NCBI GenBank assembly: GCA_001642005.1
Contig: LWCA01000050.1
Coordinates: 2,986 to 66,985, forward strand
Direction: 5' to 3'
Length of the DNA: 64,000 nucleotides
Source of the DNA: Intoshia linei
Lineage: Eukaryota; Animalia; Orthonectida
A program made the translations under genes and the position numbers. The notes below the pieces were generated by a model that had not been told where the DNA came from, did no database searches, and saw nothing but the letters and a program-made list of their open reading frames with translations. Positions 1 to 13,243 of this stretch are shown one piece after another. Positions within the stretch are counted from its first letter, which is position 1. Each line of letters begins with the position of its first letter.

Positions 1-330
1 ATCTAGAATATCATTTAGATTTCTTCGCGCTAAACTGCGGTATTTGGTCAGACGAAAAGGGTGAAAAATTTCATCAACTATGATGTTATATGAAAGACGT
101 TTTGGAAGATGTAGATCATTAAATATGATTTGTGATTTTGTTTGGTGGTGTTCAATAAAAAATAAATTTTAAATTTATCTAATTATTACTTTTATGAATT
201 GGGCGTGATTTTTTAAATTAAAAATTCAATTCAAACTCGATCTAATACTACACTTAGAAAGATTTTGATTTGACTATATAACACACTTGGGTTACCAACA
301 AAAGTTTAAAACTGTGTGATAAATATTTAA
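1..330 (+). mobile_element. Degenerate DNA transposon 3' remnant (CMC/Chapaev3-like transposase C-terminus)
   Basis: From nt 3 it reads HLDFFALNCGIWSDEKGEKFHQ, then after a frameshift YERRFGRCRSLNMICDFVWW. This resembles the HLDFF..N.G..SDE.GE.FHQ...M..DYCW transposase motif. Lies in an intron of the MFS gene. Superfamily assigned from recalled motif only. Confidence 0.55.
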
Positions 331-337
331 ATCTTAC

Positions 338-3300
338 CACATTCTGCAAAACTCAACATTGTTAATGCAAACGAACTTTTAGTGGTAGGTATACCTTTGA
401 GTTTCATATAATACGCCTAAAATTAATAATTATTCATTCATATTCATCATTATAATAATAAATTTAAATTAATAAAAATTACAAAATTAAGAAATGGCAT
501 GTAAAACGTCAAATAAGAGATAAGACTTGCCAGAAGCCATAAAATAATTTCAGGTTTTTTAAGTAAAATGTTTAAATTTAATTTTCTATCAATTTCCAAA
601 GAACTTTCAGTTTCTTCATTTGGTCCATGAAATATTGAAGGTCTGCTCATACTTTCATAAATTAGTGGTTCATTTTCACAAATTTCATATCGCTCTTGGT
701 TCACATTAATGTATTCATCTTTAAATAAAAACGAACATGAGATGCCAGTTATCAGTACTACAAACGAGTTAATACGAAATGCTACTCTCCATCCAAAATA
801 GAATATTAATAGAGCGTTGGTAGGATTGAATATTAAGCTACCTAATATAAACATTTATTTAATAAATAATAGTTATTATAAAGCGTTAATTTTAAAGCAA
901 ATTATGCATTATTTATTCAAAAAGATTTTTCACCGTTATAAACATGAAATTGTATGTACCAATTGTCTTCAAAAAATGTATTTTTCTGGAAATTTTGAAT
1001 GCGATGGAGGTATAATTCATATTATCACGTTAATTTCAACTTAATATGTCAACTTAATGTCGTTTCAATGAATGAATTAATCGACATTGTTCATTAATTT
1101 AAATTAACAAAAATAATTATTTTTATTTTTATTTAATTTATTCATTTTCCTTGTTGAAATTTTTATAATGTAAAATAGAAGCATTACCACAAGACATTCA
1201 TCAGCCGCTAGAATTTAGTTTTGCGAATTTGAATATTTCAAATAATTCAAATACAAATATGAACATTAATTGTGTCAATAATATTGATGTTGATCATGAA
1301 AATGAAAATATCAACATTGACGGTTGGATCATGGTCGATTTTGATAACGCTGAACGCAACCTTCTGTCCAATCCAGTTGTTCGGAAAAAAATGGTTAGGA
1401 AAAGATTTGGTAGATACAGAAAAATTTATAGGCCATCGATTGTACACCATCATGATACTCGATGTGTGCCATGTAGAGTCTTTTCAATGAATAAAAACAC
1501 TTATTAATTATTATTATTATAAACCTATATAATTAACATTGGTTTACATTTTGCTCGAGGCCTTAAAAAAAATTAATTCTCAAATTTTTTTTGATAACGA
1601 TGCGTAATGTATTATAGTATATAGCCACCTGTCCACGTGTCTGAATTCATTATCTTATTAGTTAAATATTAAACAAAAAATAGTCATTTTATTGAAAAAT
1701 ACAGTTTTTTTAAATTTTAAATTTAGTCCCTACTCTACAAAAATATCATGGTTGTTCAGATTTATGGTAAATTACCGCCTTTAAGTGTATATAATGTAGC
1801 TTGACTGTTATATACTTCGTACAAACAGCACTAGCTCGCCGATTCGATTTTTGAATGGATTACCCTGCTATGCGAATAGAATATTTTTATTTTTATCAGA
1901 CACAAACAATATAGCCAGAATAAACTCTCGATAAACGTTCTTAGAAATATGCTTTGGTTAAATTCTAGGGCTGATGTTTTAAATATACGGTAACAGACTA
2001 AGATTAAGTCTCTTTCACTATTTTAATTTTTATATAATTTGTAATACATTATATATCATGTAGTATATTAATATTTTGTTAAAAATATTAAATTTTACTA
2101 CGATTGTATCGATTAATTGGTTAATCGAATAAAACGTCGGTACTATGTGATGAGATTATAATTATACTTAAATGCGAATATTGTCATGATGGCATTGAAT
2201 AAAAATTGACAAATTGTAATATTAATAAATGTACTGTTGATTTAAATAAAAGCTAGCTGTTACCTATAAAAACATGAATTCGTTTATATTACATTAAACA
2301 GCACGTTAGTTAGTACATAAAATGTATTTTTTATAAATTTAGTTTTTAAAACAACTTCAAAGTAAATTCAATTTGCGTTTAACCCTTTCACTGTTTAAGA
2401 ACCACCATCTGTAATCAGTAAATATACAATATAAATACATTCTTACCCCTTATTAACGGAAATTTTTTTAGCGGAAATTCCATTTTAGCGGAAAAATTCC
2501 ATATTAACGGAATTATAAATTATTTATGTTTTCTTAACAAATTTAAATGAACCAAAAATTCCGTTAAAAATTTTATCTCTAAATCTCTAGAATCTATTTT
2601 TAATAGAATCATAAATATTAACTCATTTTGGTACTAATTACAAGTCAATTTATTACGTTTTTTATCAAATTTTTAATAGATATTAAATTAGATGGCGTTA
2701 ATTAGAAATAATTACTATCTTTGCGAAAATATTATTTCTAAATTTTTATTTTATATCTGTAAATAATTTAAATTTGATAAAATTTTTCATGCACTCCAAA
2801 AAACTGATGTGGACCCGTTGTTAATGTTTTGTGCATATTACTTCGTCATGTATTAGTCAAAAACTAATAATAACAAGAAATATGACTAGCTAATGGTTTC
2901 TATTTAACTAAATTAAATTCCGTTAACTAGGGTGTTATTATGGGAAAAATTCAATAATAACGGAATTACGGGATTTTATATTCTGTTAATAAGGACTTAG
3001 ACTATAAAATACAGAAAAAATTTATTTATGCTTTTAAAACATGATTTTTTTAAATCTATAATCTTTATTTAAATATTTAAAAAAAAAAGATTATATTTAT
3101 CAGTTCTTAAAAATTTACATAATAATGTAATATTAGTCATATTTAACTATTAGATGACATTAGTTCAAATTGAATTGTCGACGTGTGTAAAGAATCACAA
3201 AATTTATTTAGACTGTGAAAGGTTAATGCCGGAAAAAATCTTGATCCCAATTGATGTTTTTAAATATGAATGATTAATTACTCAAAAATTAATAACTGAT

Positions 3301-6300
3301 TTTAGAAATTTAAAAAATATTGAATAAACAAATAAACTAAATATTTATAACATTTTGATTGAATTTTAGAAATTATACAAATCCAGGGCTGTACGGCATG
3401 AGAAATAAGTAAAAACTAATTTCTAGGATTTGAGTTTTTAATATTATTGCAAAAAAAACGGACAACTCAACGATTTAATATTACTCGCTTTAATTTGAAC
3501 TTATATTTATTTTTATTAACTATATATTATTAACCTTTAAACTATTACATTTGTTATAATTTTTAAAATTATTAATAGTGTCATTTAATAATTCATTATC
3601 AATATACTTGACTGAAGGCATTTCACAAAGGTATTGACTCGGTGTATTCCACGTTCAGTCACTTGGTTTGTTAAATTAACTTTCAATGGAGGTAAAGATA
3701 TTGATGTTTTTTAAGAAAAATAAGATTATTACAATGTATATTATGTTATATTAATGTATATAAACAATAATGTAAATAGCCAGAATTCTAGAAATTAAAT
3801 TGTTAATAAAATCCAAAAAAATTGAGCTAGAAACAAATTTAAAAAAATAAATTGTATAACTAAACATGGAGAACAATATCATATTGTCGGTATTACGTTT
3901 AAAAGCTCAAACGCCAATTTCCATTAAAATAAAGTTCAGTTTTAATTCCCCCATAATATTTTTAAAGTGATATTTAAAATGACAAACGCAACTCGAATAG
4001 ATAGCGTTAAATGTTTTTGATTGCTAATTTGAATTTTTAGTTTAAAAATACACACTTTTAGTACTAATTTCCCATCTAGTTCCAAAATTTTCAAAAAAAT
4101 GTGACACACTAATGATTAGGGCCTAATGTATATATTATATAACTGAATTTTATTATATGTGGTTCAGTACAATATTATTTTTTTGTAATTATACATTATT
4201 ATTCAATATTTTATTATTAAAAATTTTTAAGTCCTCTACGAATATTTAAATTAAATAATAATATTATAATTTATTAAATTTTGTTTGCATTTGAAATCAT
4301 ACGGTTAGTAATGTTAAAATTAACATAATATTATTTATTACGTTTATGATACATAAATAACATTTAATTCCAGTTATTTTAATAATGGCATAGATCCCTC
4401 TCGAAATGAGAAAAAATACAATCGACTTTCATCATAATATATAATCATAAATCATAATTCATCCAAAACTGATTTTTAAACATAAAATTGCTACAGTACC
4501 GTGCAAATGTTTTGAGCATGTATATCCTAATTTTGTAATTTACCAATAAAGTATCTTGAATATTGACATCATCAATAGATAAAATTTCTGCTTGTTCAGA
4601 ATTTTATTCTGATCAATATCCAATTTAAATTTTATGAATCGGTTATCAAAATCAAAACTTACAAATATAAATACATTTTATTACAATAATATGGTCGTGC
4701 ATATGTTTTAAGCACCTATTTTTAATTTATCGATAAGAAACTCGGAAATCGTTTTAAAAATATTAAAAAAAAATAAAAAATAAAATTAAATTTTATCTAA
4801 TTATTTCAATTTAATATTTATTTTACAAAAAAATTTAAAAATAAAATGACCAAAATATCAATCGAAAAACGTGAAAAGGTTATCGCTTTATCTAATCAAC
4901 GAAAAATCTCAAAATATTATAGCTTCAATGTTGAATATTTTAAGGCACAGTGTCCAGGAGATTATTAAGAAATGGGATACCGAAAGAAATGTTGAAGATC
5001 GCTCCAAATCCGGCTGTTAGAGAATATTAACAGAGCGCGCAAAGAGGAAAATCGCTATTGAATCTAAAAAAGATCCATCAAAAACAGCTAACATGTTAAG
5101 ATATGAATTGGATCTATTTGAAACCATCTCAGTTGACACAGTAAAGCGTAGTTTAAGAAGAAATTTTTTGTTTGGTCGTATTTCTGCACAAAAATTAAAA
5201 TTGGCAATAAATCATATTCAAAAAAGAAATCGTTGGTGTAGAATGAGGCGTGATTGGACTCAATCCGATTGGAATAAGATTATTTTCTCAGATGAAGCTA
5301 AAATACATTATATCCTAATTCAAAATCATATGTTAGAAGGCCAAAAAATTGTAGATTCAATTCAAAATATATCACTCCTACCGTTAAGTTTTCACCTTCA
5401 ATTATGGTATGGGCTGTTATTCGGTTAGCTGTCATACTTCTCGAAGCACTGCTCTCTTTTTCGAAACGCAATCTATTGATTTGTTACCAAATCGGCCCGC
5501 ACAAAGTCCTGATCTTAACATAATTGAACATTACTGGGCAGACCTGAAGGCAAGGATCAAAATAAGGGCTCCAAAAACAATAGACGAGGTTTGGGTTGTT
5601 ACTAAAGAAGAGTTTTACAAATTGAAGATATCCGCATTAAAAATTTGTATGATTCGTTGTATAATAGGATTAGCTCTGTTATTAAGAACAAGGGCGGACA
5701 TACAAAAGATTAAATCTATTATGTATGTTTGTCTTTTTAATTTATACAACTTTAAATTTATTTTTAAAAAGTGTTAAATATGGTGCTCAAAACATATGCA
5801 AGGCCATATTTTTTTTAAAAATGTATTTATATCTATAAGATTTGATTTTGACAACCGATTGATAAAATTTAAATTGGATATTGATCAGCATTAAATTCTT
5901 AATAAGCAAACATTTTTTCTATTTGTGATGTCTATATTTAATATACTTTATTGTTAAATTTTTAAATTTGGATATACATGCTCAAAACATTTGCACGGTA
6001 CTGTAGATACTGTGGAGCTTCAAGACACTCAGTTCAAGAAATCATTTAAAAATACAATAATTAAAAATTCGTCTTGCAATGTAGATGAGCCCAGATCAAG
6101 ACATTTGTACCTAAAATTATTTATAGTTATTGTTAAAGTGAAAATTTGTATTTCTCGAAAATATATCTGTTTTTAATTCTTTTTTTTAACCCCATGTTAT
6201 AAAATTCTATATTCTGTATTTTAATAAAAATTCATATCATTATTGCTCTTATTATCACTATTATTATCACTAAATACGATTTTGTTTCACAAAATTATTT

Positions 6301-7668
6301 TACATTGCATTAAAACTATTCAATAGTTTCCTTGTATAGTATTATATTTATAACTTGCCATTCTTGTAATTTAGAAAAAGTTGGCGAGATAGAGAATTTA
6401 AAATTATAGAAACAGCATATAAAACTTAAATTAAGGGTTAAATTGCAATAAAATGTAAATTGTAATACAAGTTGTAAAATGTAATACAAAATAACTTGAA
6501 AAATGGTTTTAAAACTTTTAGTTTATATTTTAAATTAATGGCGAGTTAGAGAATTGGCGAGTCGTGGAGAGAATATTGTATATTTAAACCATAGTGTAAA
6601 ATGTACCAAACACCAAACATTTAAATACAATTTGTAAAAAGTAAAAACACTTTAAAACACTCAAAATTGACATAAAATTATTTTTTAAAGTAATACTATG
6701 CAATATGTTTATTTTTTATTTAAATAATAATCAATACATATAAAGTATATTATACGTGCATGATGTCAAACATTGTAAGTTCACATTTGTCATTTATCAT
6801 AATAAAATATTGGCATAATCATTATAAACTATGTTTGTGTTGGGAATAAGACTAACTCGAGAAATGTAATAAAGAAATGTAATTGGCCTTAATTTAAAAG
6901 GAAAATGATATATTATTATATCTAATATACTACAATTTTTTAATTACAGATGGAAAATAAAATTTATAAAATATTATATTTGATATAATTACAAATTGTT
7001 ATTTTAGCTTTAATATAAGTTATTATAATGTTTTTTTGAATAATACCAAATTAAATGTAGAAATAAATAAATAAAATAAATTAAAATGTTAAATTTACCT
7101 AGAGGATATCCACAAAGTAATATGCTGGTAGCTAAAACATGATATCTGTGATTTCTGTCAAAGTATTCTCCAATAAGTAATGATGTAGACATGTAAATAA
7201 TACTGGATCCGATGCCATACATGACACTGTGAGTTAAAAAAATCCATTCAAATGTATATATTATTGACGAAAACATGCAACTTGCACTCAATATGATTGT
7301 TCCAATAATCGTAGATCTTTGATATGCATTTTTCCCCATTTTTCGTATAATGAAAACCGTTAACGGAGACAAACAAAGTGAAACTGCGAATGAAAGCGTT
7401 CCAACCCAATCTAAATGTCAACATGTTAATATTATTTACATTTTCTTATTTTACTTTCTTCAGCCATAGTTTTCTTGTAGGTAGTTTGTAAATTGACTAT
7501 AAAAACACCAAAGCTATATGTAATACCCGACCTCGCTACAGTTATTACCAGTATAGCCAAACATGTCGACCAACCGCGTCGATCTTCTTTAAAATTCATC
7601 CATATTTTTTGAGTCTTTCCTACAGTCAAATCTTTAATGGATCTATAAGCGTTGAAAATTGCGCTCAT
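338..7668 (-). CDS. MFS monocarboxylate transporter-like protein (SLC16 family), 3' part outside window. Exons about 7668-7455, 7410-7099, 841-483, 416-338
   Basis: Peptides EDRRGWSTCLAILVITVARSGITYSFGVF, WVGTLSFAVSLCLSP, HSVMYGIGSSIIYMSTSLLIGEYFDRNHR, ILLCGYPLGSLIFNP, YFGWRVAFRI are joined by GT-AG introns with consistent phase. Typical MCT TM1-TM8 motifs. Confidence 0.85.
1259..1507 (+). CDS. Possible small nested ORF (82 aa from ATG 1259), antisense within the MFS intron
   Basis: Open frame that is GC-richer than its flanks, with an acidic N-half containing DGWIMVDF and a basic C-half. No recognised family. Confidence 0.25.
   Translation: MNINCVNNIDVDHENENINIDGWIMVDFDNAERNLLSNPVVRKKMVRKRFGRYRKIYRPSIVHHHDTRCVPCRVFSMNKNTY
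1795..1860 (-). repeat. Helitron-like family 3' terminal fragment
   Basis: Reverse complement ggcgagctagtgctgtttgtacgaagtatataacagtcaagcta matches the 3' ends at 11080-11132, 52170-52224 and 60905-60962. Confidence 0.6.
2446..3004. mobile_element. Non-autonomous TIR element (pogo/Tc1-like MITE)
   Basis: Left ccttattaacgga is inverted against right tctgttaataaggacttagacta. Internal (a)acggaa(a)tt repeats are present at both ends. Confidence 0.55.
3775..4113 (-). repeat. Interspersed repeat, inverted copy of 21578-21920
   Basis: atgacaaacgcaactcgaatagatagcgttaaatgtttttgattgc is the exact reverse complement of sequence at about 21668-21713, and similarity extends over about 340 bp. Confidence 0.85.
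4494..6003 (+). mobile_element. Tc1-like DNA transposon, IR-DR type, defective transposase (ATG 4847, frameshifts and internal deletion)
   Basis: TA-flanked, about 220-bp inverted repeats starting cagtaccgtgcaaatgttttgagcatgtatatcc. Transposase motifs WNKIIFSDEAK and PAQSPDLNIIEHYW. Confidence 0.93.
6337..6578 (+). mobile_element. pogo/Tigger-like MITE (family also at 29190-29413 and 52307-52445)
   Basis: TA-flanked (c/t)agtatt...gagaatattg termini. Shared core gaaaaagttggcgagatagagaattt...ttaaattgcaataaaatgtaaatt. Confidence 0.75.
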
Positions 7669-9744
7669 GATAAAATACACATGTTTGAATTTTAAAAATG
7701 AAAATAAATTAATGTATTATGACCACTAACAATAATCAATATTTTTATTTTGCGCATTGGTGTTATTATTTAAAAAAATATATCTTTGTATATTCTAATG
7801 AACATAATATGATGTTTATCATTCAAGTAAAATGGTAATATTGATAAATAATCAATAGGAACACTAAAATTTTAAATAATTAAATAAATCCACAATATAA
7901 AATTGCAGTCAGTATAAAATTTTAATGGTGATTGATTACATATTTTTCAAGAAACGTCAAAATTTTATGTTTTAATGTAAAAGTAATTAGTGATTTCCTC
8001 TAGCGATATTTATAATAAATTTAAATTGATCATCTATATTAATCAAAATATTGCATTATTTTGGATATTTACATGCAAGTAATATCTATTTTACTTGATT
8101 GTACATCTTTTTTCAATCAAAGGAATTATATTGATTAAATTAATTTGCATTTAATATAATAGTGCCATTAAGAAACATTTTATATTGAAACTATTTCAAT
8201 TATATTTAGTGCAGTAGTTGACTTATTTTCATTAATTTTAATTGAAATTTAATGTCCAGTTTTAATTGTTAAAAATTAATTATTCGTCAGAGACAAACAA
8301 CATACTTTTTGACTCGTAATTTTTTTACATATTTTGTTAATAAAATTTTAACTCTTAATTGAACCTAATAAAGTGAAAACGATTTTGATTGTTACTATAA
8401 TTATTGTTATTACGATGGTTCATTTGTTCTTAAAATTATCTTTCAATTTATCTTGAAATATCAAATCAATGTATGATTCAAAATTTTAAATTCATTCAGC
8501 TGGTTCCATTAGCAGTTCACCATTAATTTATAATATTGATGGCTTATTGAAATTGTTCATTGTCATCGGCGCAATTGTAGTATTGAAGACTATGATTGTA
8601 ATTGTAAAACATGTTGTTAAAGTATTTATTAATAACCTAACTTTTACACTACTTCCACATTCTCTAGGATACCATAAAGGGTACGCTCAATTTTTGTCTT
8701 TTCCGAATTTTTATTTTTAATTGTTTAAAATTGAGTAACCACAACTTTTTATTATTAATAACGTTGTTCAACTACGTTAAACCAATATTACCGTCATTTT
8801 ATTTAATTTTGATTATTTTTTATAATTTATACTGTTTGTATTATATCTTCATTCTAAAACAATTGTTAGCAAAACAAAATTATAAAATATACCTCGATCA
8901 CGTTGAAAACACTCTTAAAGATATAATATCATACAAACATGTCAAACGTGAAAAAATAAACTGAAAATTTTAGCGCTAAACATGATTACTATGATTTTGT
9001 TTATTTAATAAAACTGTTTTTGTTTTGCTAATTAATAATCGCTTCAATGATTTTATAATTTCCAACTTCAATGTTAGAATTATCATCGGTATTATTAATC
9101 ATGGAATAGACTAAATATTACTTGCAATTATTAATAGCGTTGTTCAACAACTTATAAGTTGATAATTATCAACCAATATTACCAATTTTGCGGTCTTAGG
9201 ATTTTTAGAAACACTATATACGAGTTGACCGTTATGTACTACGTACAATCAGCATTGAGTTTTGTATAGGGCGGAATGTTTTAATTCTACGAAAAAAATA
9301 AATGTAATAATAAAATCTTACTTCAAAATGCTACATTCACCATTATAAAACCTTTAAACGAGTGTATCCGAAACTTATTTCACCATGAACCCGTAATTTC
9401 ACATTTTTTTAATTTAAAGTGAATTATTTCTTTTTAATTTTATTTTAACATTTGTATAAAGAATTTTAAAATTATCAGTTTGTTTTACATACAGTTTGTT
9501 AATATAATAATTTATCATATTTAATGATTTTACTCTCGAAAATCAGTAATAGAAATATAGAATTTTTAAAACTCGACTCCTCTTACTTTATTGAATAAAC
9601 TAGAACAAACAGATTAATAAATAAACAGATGTACTTTTTTGAGATAATGTCATCTTCAGATAAACAAAAAGATAAACAGGTTTGATAAACACTAATTCGG
9701 ACTCAAAGATATATTTTAAAAATATATAAAAGTACCCAATTTAA

Positions 9745-11132
9745 TCCTTACTCATATAATTATGAGTATTTGTTATATTTGTTTGTGTGTATGTTACCGT
9801 TTATTTCAGTAATTACCAGTCTTAGAATTTTATAAAATTCACATTTCAATTACTGTTTTTTCCGGTAGTGTTAGCAAAATAACTTTCAACCTCCCAAACT
9901 TACATCTTACGGGTCAAAAAGCTCTTTTGTCCTTTTTTTGAAAATCAAACGGGTTCGATAATTTTAAAAAATATTATATATACTGTGATACGGATTTTAA
10001 AATTATAAATATTATCATAAATTTAAATATAAAAAAAATATATCTTCAGGGTCAAAATCTTAATTGTCCTTCTTTTTTTAATGAAAACAGACCTTAAATT
10101 TTAAAAAATTTACAGGTTGTACAGTTGTATCCTGTAAACACACACAGAAAATTTCAATCCGAATACTTGACGACTTCACAGTCAAAAAAGCATTTTAATA
10201 TTCATATATTTTTTTTCCGAAATATTTTATTAAAACACCAGAAATCTACGCAATCCCGGTGAAAAATAATTTTTAATAATTTATTAACCAAAATAAAAAT
10301 TGAAAATGTAAATATTGATCTACAATTTGAAAAAAAGTGTGCATTGTACGTCTACACATTTCCAATAAAGACATATTGGTGAAAATCTATATAATTTATT
10401 CCTTCGGAATTGTTTTCATTGCTACGCAATTTGTAAATCTCAAATTCTCATTTTCAAAAAATTTTGTTCAAAATTTAAATTAAAACTACAACAGCGAATT
10501 ACTAAAAGTAAAACAACATTGTTATTATCTTTTTTATATTTAATACAATCCTTTGCAATATTGGTAAAATTCACCTGAAATATGTTTATAAAGTGCTGAT
10601 TCCGTTAATTATTGATACATAATTAAAATTTTTAAGTATTTATTAAATTGGTACTCAATATATATCATCACATTGAAAATGACAAATTAGGTTTTTATAA
10701 TTTTATTTTTTCTGGAATTTATGCTATTTATGACATTTTTTAGGATTGGACTGTTTTTACTTTATTTTTAATATTATACACACATTCTGTCTAATAAAAT
10801 TGGACTGTTTTTACTTTATTTTTAATATTATACACACATTCTGTCTAATAAAATTCAAAAAATGGGATAACAATTTTTTTCAAAATTCTATACGTAAATG
10901 TTAACAAACAAAAAATTAAGATGGAATAATTCACTTTAAAGTAAAAAGTAGTGTGATATAATGGTTCCATCTGAAACAATTTTGGGAACCACACCTTTAA
11001 AGGATTGATAATAGTGAATAGTAAGATTTTTAAGTTAGATTTTTAACGTGAATTTATTTTTTTGGTATAATAAACATGTGCCCTCGGCAAAGCTAAGTAA
11101 TGTTTGTACGTAGTACATAACAATCAATTTAG
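9745..11132 (+). mobile_element. Near full-length non-autonomous Helitron-like element
   Basis: 5' TC after A, subterminal (GT/GTCT)n tract, 3' end cataacaatcaatttag followed by T (other copies end ctag-t). No TSD or TIR. Matches multiple copies in the window. Confidence 0.7.
10745..10855 (+). repeat. Perfect 54-bp tandem duplication inside the Helitron-like copy
   Basis: attggactgtttttactttatttttaatattatacacacattctgtctaataaa occurs twice in tandem. The homologous copy near 51905-51965 has one unit. Confidence 0.95.
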
Positions 11133-12125
11133 TTACACTATATTATTTTACTCCATTAATCCCGTTTTCTCTAGAGATCTTCGTTCCAGACTTCTTTTAC
11201 ATTTTAAATACTTTCTAGAAGGTAATGGTGAAGAATTTTACCAGATTAAATGTATAGTACGATTATAATCGTACTGATAATTATTTTTTCTGATAATTAT
11301 CCTTTTTATTCACATTTATTAGCATAAATGGGTTATTTAAATTTCATTGTATTTACGAAACATATGCGTTTATTTTCTATTCACAAAATGATCCAAATAT
11401 TAACTCTCGCGTCTGGTGTGATTATAAAAGTCAAATAATTACTCAACTTTACGAATTTCATCATTATTTACAGTTAATTGAAGTAAAAATACATTAAAAT
11501 GTTTAGATAACTATGTAAAATGATAAAATAAACAAAAATTCTTTATTTTGGGTATACATTTTAAAAAGTGCTCTCCTCGTGCAACTGTGGATGAATTCGA
11601 AATTCAATTGTATTATTCTCATATATTTTAAGTACGAATACCATCCTGCCTACCGGTAAGGAGAAATTTTACTAGAAATATATTTACTTGAAATCCTAAT
11701 GTAAATTGTACAAATGTACTAAGCTATATTAGACATTATTTTATTTGTCATGTAACATGTATTGCATTTTTATTGTCTCAAAGTGCACTGCAGTGATTAA
11801 TACTAATTATAAGAATAATATAAATGGTTTAATTCCTTTAATCTATATTAGTTATCATCACAATAAAAGCGATAATTAACACAGTGTCTTATTTCATACA
11901 CTGTGGCGTCACAATATTAATACACAATAAAATTATTAATAAATTGGTCAAAATTATTATCAATGTGTAAACTTTATTAAAATTTTATATCATTTGTTTG
12001 TAATGCCGAATTTATTAGAAATTAAATAGATTTGATTTAAGGCTTTTAAATATTTTTGTTTATACAAATATTTGTGAAACAAATTCATTTTAATAATTTA
12101 ATCGGATTAAATTGTGAATTTAAGA

Positions 12126-12678
12126 ATGAAAAATTCTCGCGACATAAAAAACCTTATTGAACGATATAGAGTCTATAAACTAAACCAAAAATTCAGTGCC
12201 ATGCAAAAACTTTTACCCCAAAGGTATTTTACATTACGCTAGTTATAACGACTTTGAATTACTGTACATTAATTTTAGATATTTTAAGAAAAAAATTACG
12301 AAAAGTATCATTTTAAATTCGGCCATTCAATACATAAGGGAAATGACTACTAATTTACGTGATTATAATTGTAATAAACACCAATATCAAAAAATAAATA
12401 ATGCTTCTAATCACTTTAAATATTCAAAACATGCATACTACAATTGTGAATACAAGAATAAAATTCACTCAAACGATTCAGTCAAACAGAGTAAAATAAA
12501 CTCGGTTATTTCCGAACCTAACCATAGATGGCACAATTTGAAATATTTAATTGACAATTCAATTTTCAATAGACAAAAAGTGGCCGATTTAGATTTGAAA
12601 ATTAAAAAAGGGGACATTTACAATCATGAAAAGTTATTGACAAGCAATTCAAATTTTTTTAATAATGTATTTAAATAA
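12126..12678 (+). CDS. Divergent bHLH transcription factor (about 165 aa). Exons 12126-12223 and 12279-12678
   Basis: The spliced product gives MKNSRDIKNLIERYRVYKLNQKFSAMQKLLP..RYFKKKITKSIILNSAIQYIREM: basic N..ER.R, helix 1 ending LP, loop K, helix 2 K..IL.SAI.YI. A 55-nt phase-2 GT-AG intron restores the frame. Confidence 0.82.
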
Positions 12679-13243
12679 AATATATATGTACGTGTCAAGT
12701 CATATTGCTTATCTTTTATTTTGCCAAAATGAATCGTTTTATTGGATAAATAGTGATTATATACTGTAAAAGTTTATTTTATTTTTATTGATCACGATAT
12801 ACTATCATATTTCATTGATGCAAAAAGATAATGTTAATCTTTAAATTTAAAAAACACTAGATGAATATTATGTTCAAATTATTTAGCAAATCATTAAAAT
12901 ATCATTAATTTTGTTTTATTTACTCTAAATTTTATTGTACTGGGAAAAGAATACAATAAAAAGAGTTTATTACCGATCATAGTATAATAACGTTTAACCG
13001 TGACAAAAATCAGTTAAACGTCTGTGAATACCCGCCAGCCGTCTATCATTAGAATTAACAACTATATGACGCATTTAAACAATAGATTATAAAGAAGATT
13101 TTATTATTTTCATTAAATAATTACAACTTTTCACAGATTAAGAATCAATACTATTCAAATAGTTAGTCTAATGATATGATTAATACAATCTCATTTGTCA
13201 GTATATGTGATGATTTATACATTTGTTCATTTTCATTTCTGCA

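Noticed and set aside
8400-8700. Coding-like minus-strand stretch (LWYPRECGSS, KINGELLMEPAE)
   Set aside because: Multiple stops and no recognisable family. It may be an old transposon relic, but I cannot support a call.
12196-12278. N-terminus of the 160-aa ORF call (MPCKNFYPKG...)
   Set aside because: It reads through a 55-nt intron in the wrong frame. The real start is ATG 12126, which yields the bHLH basic region.
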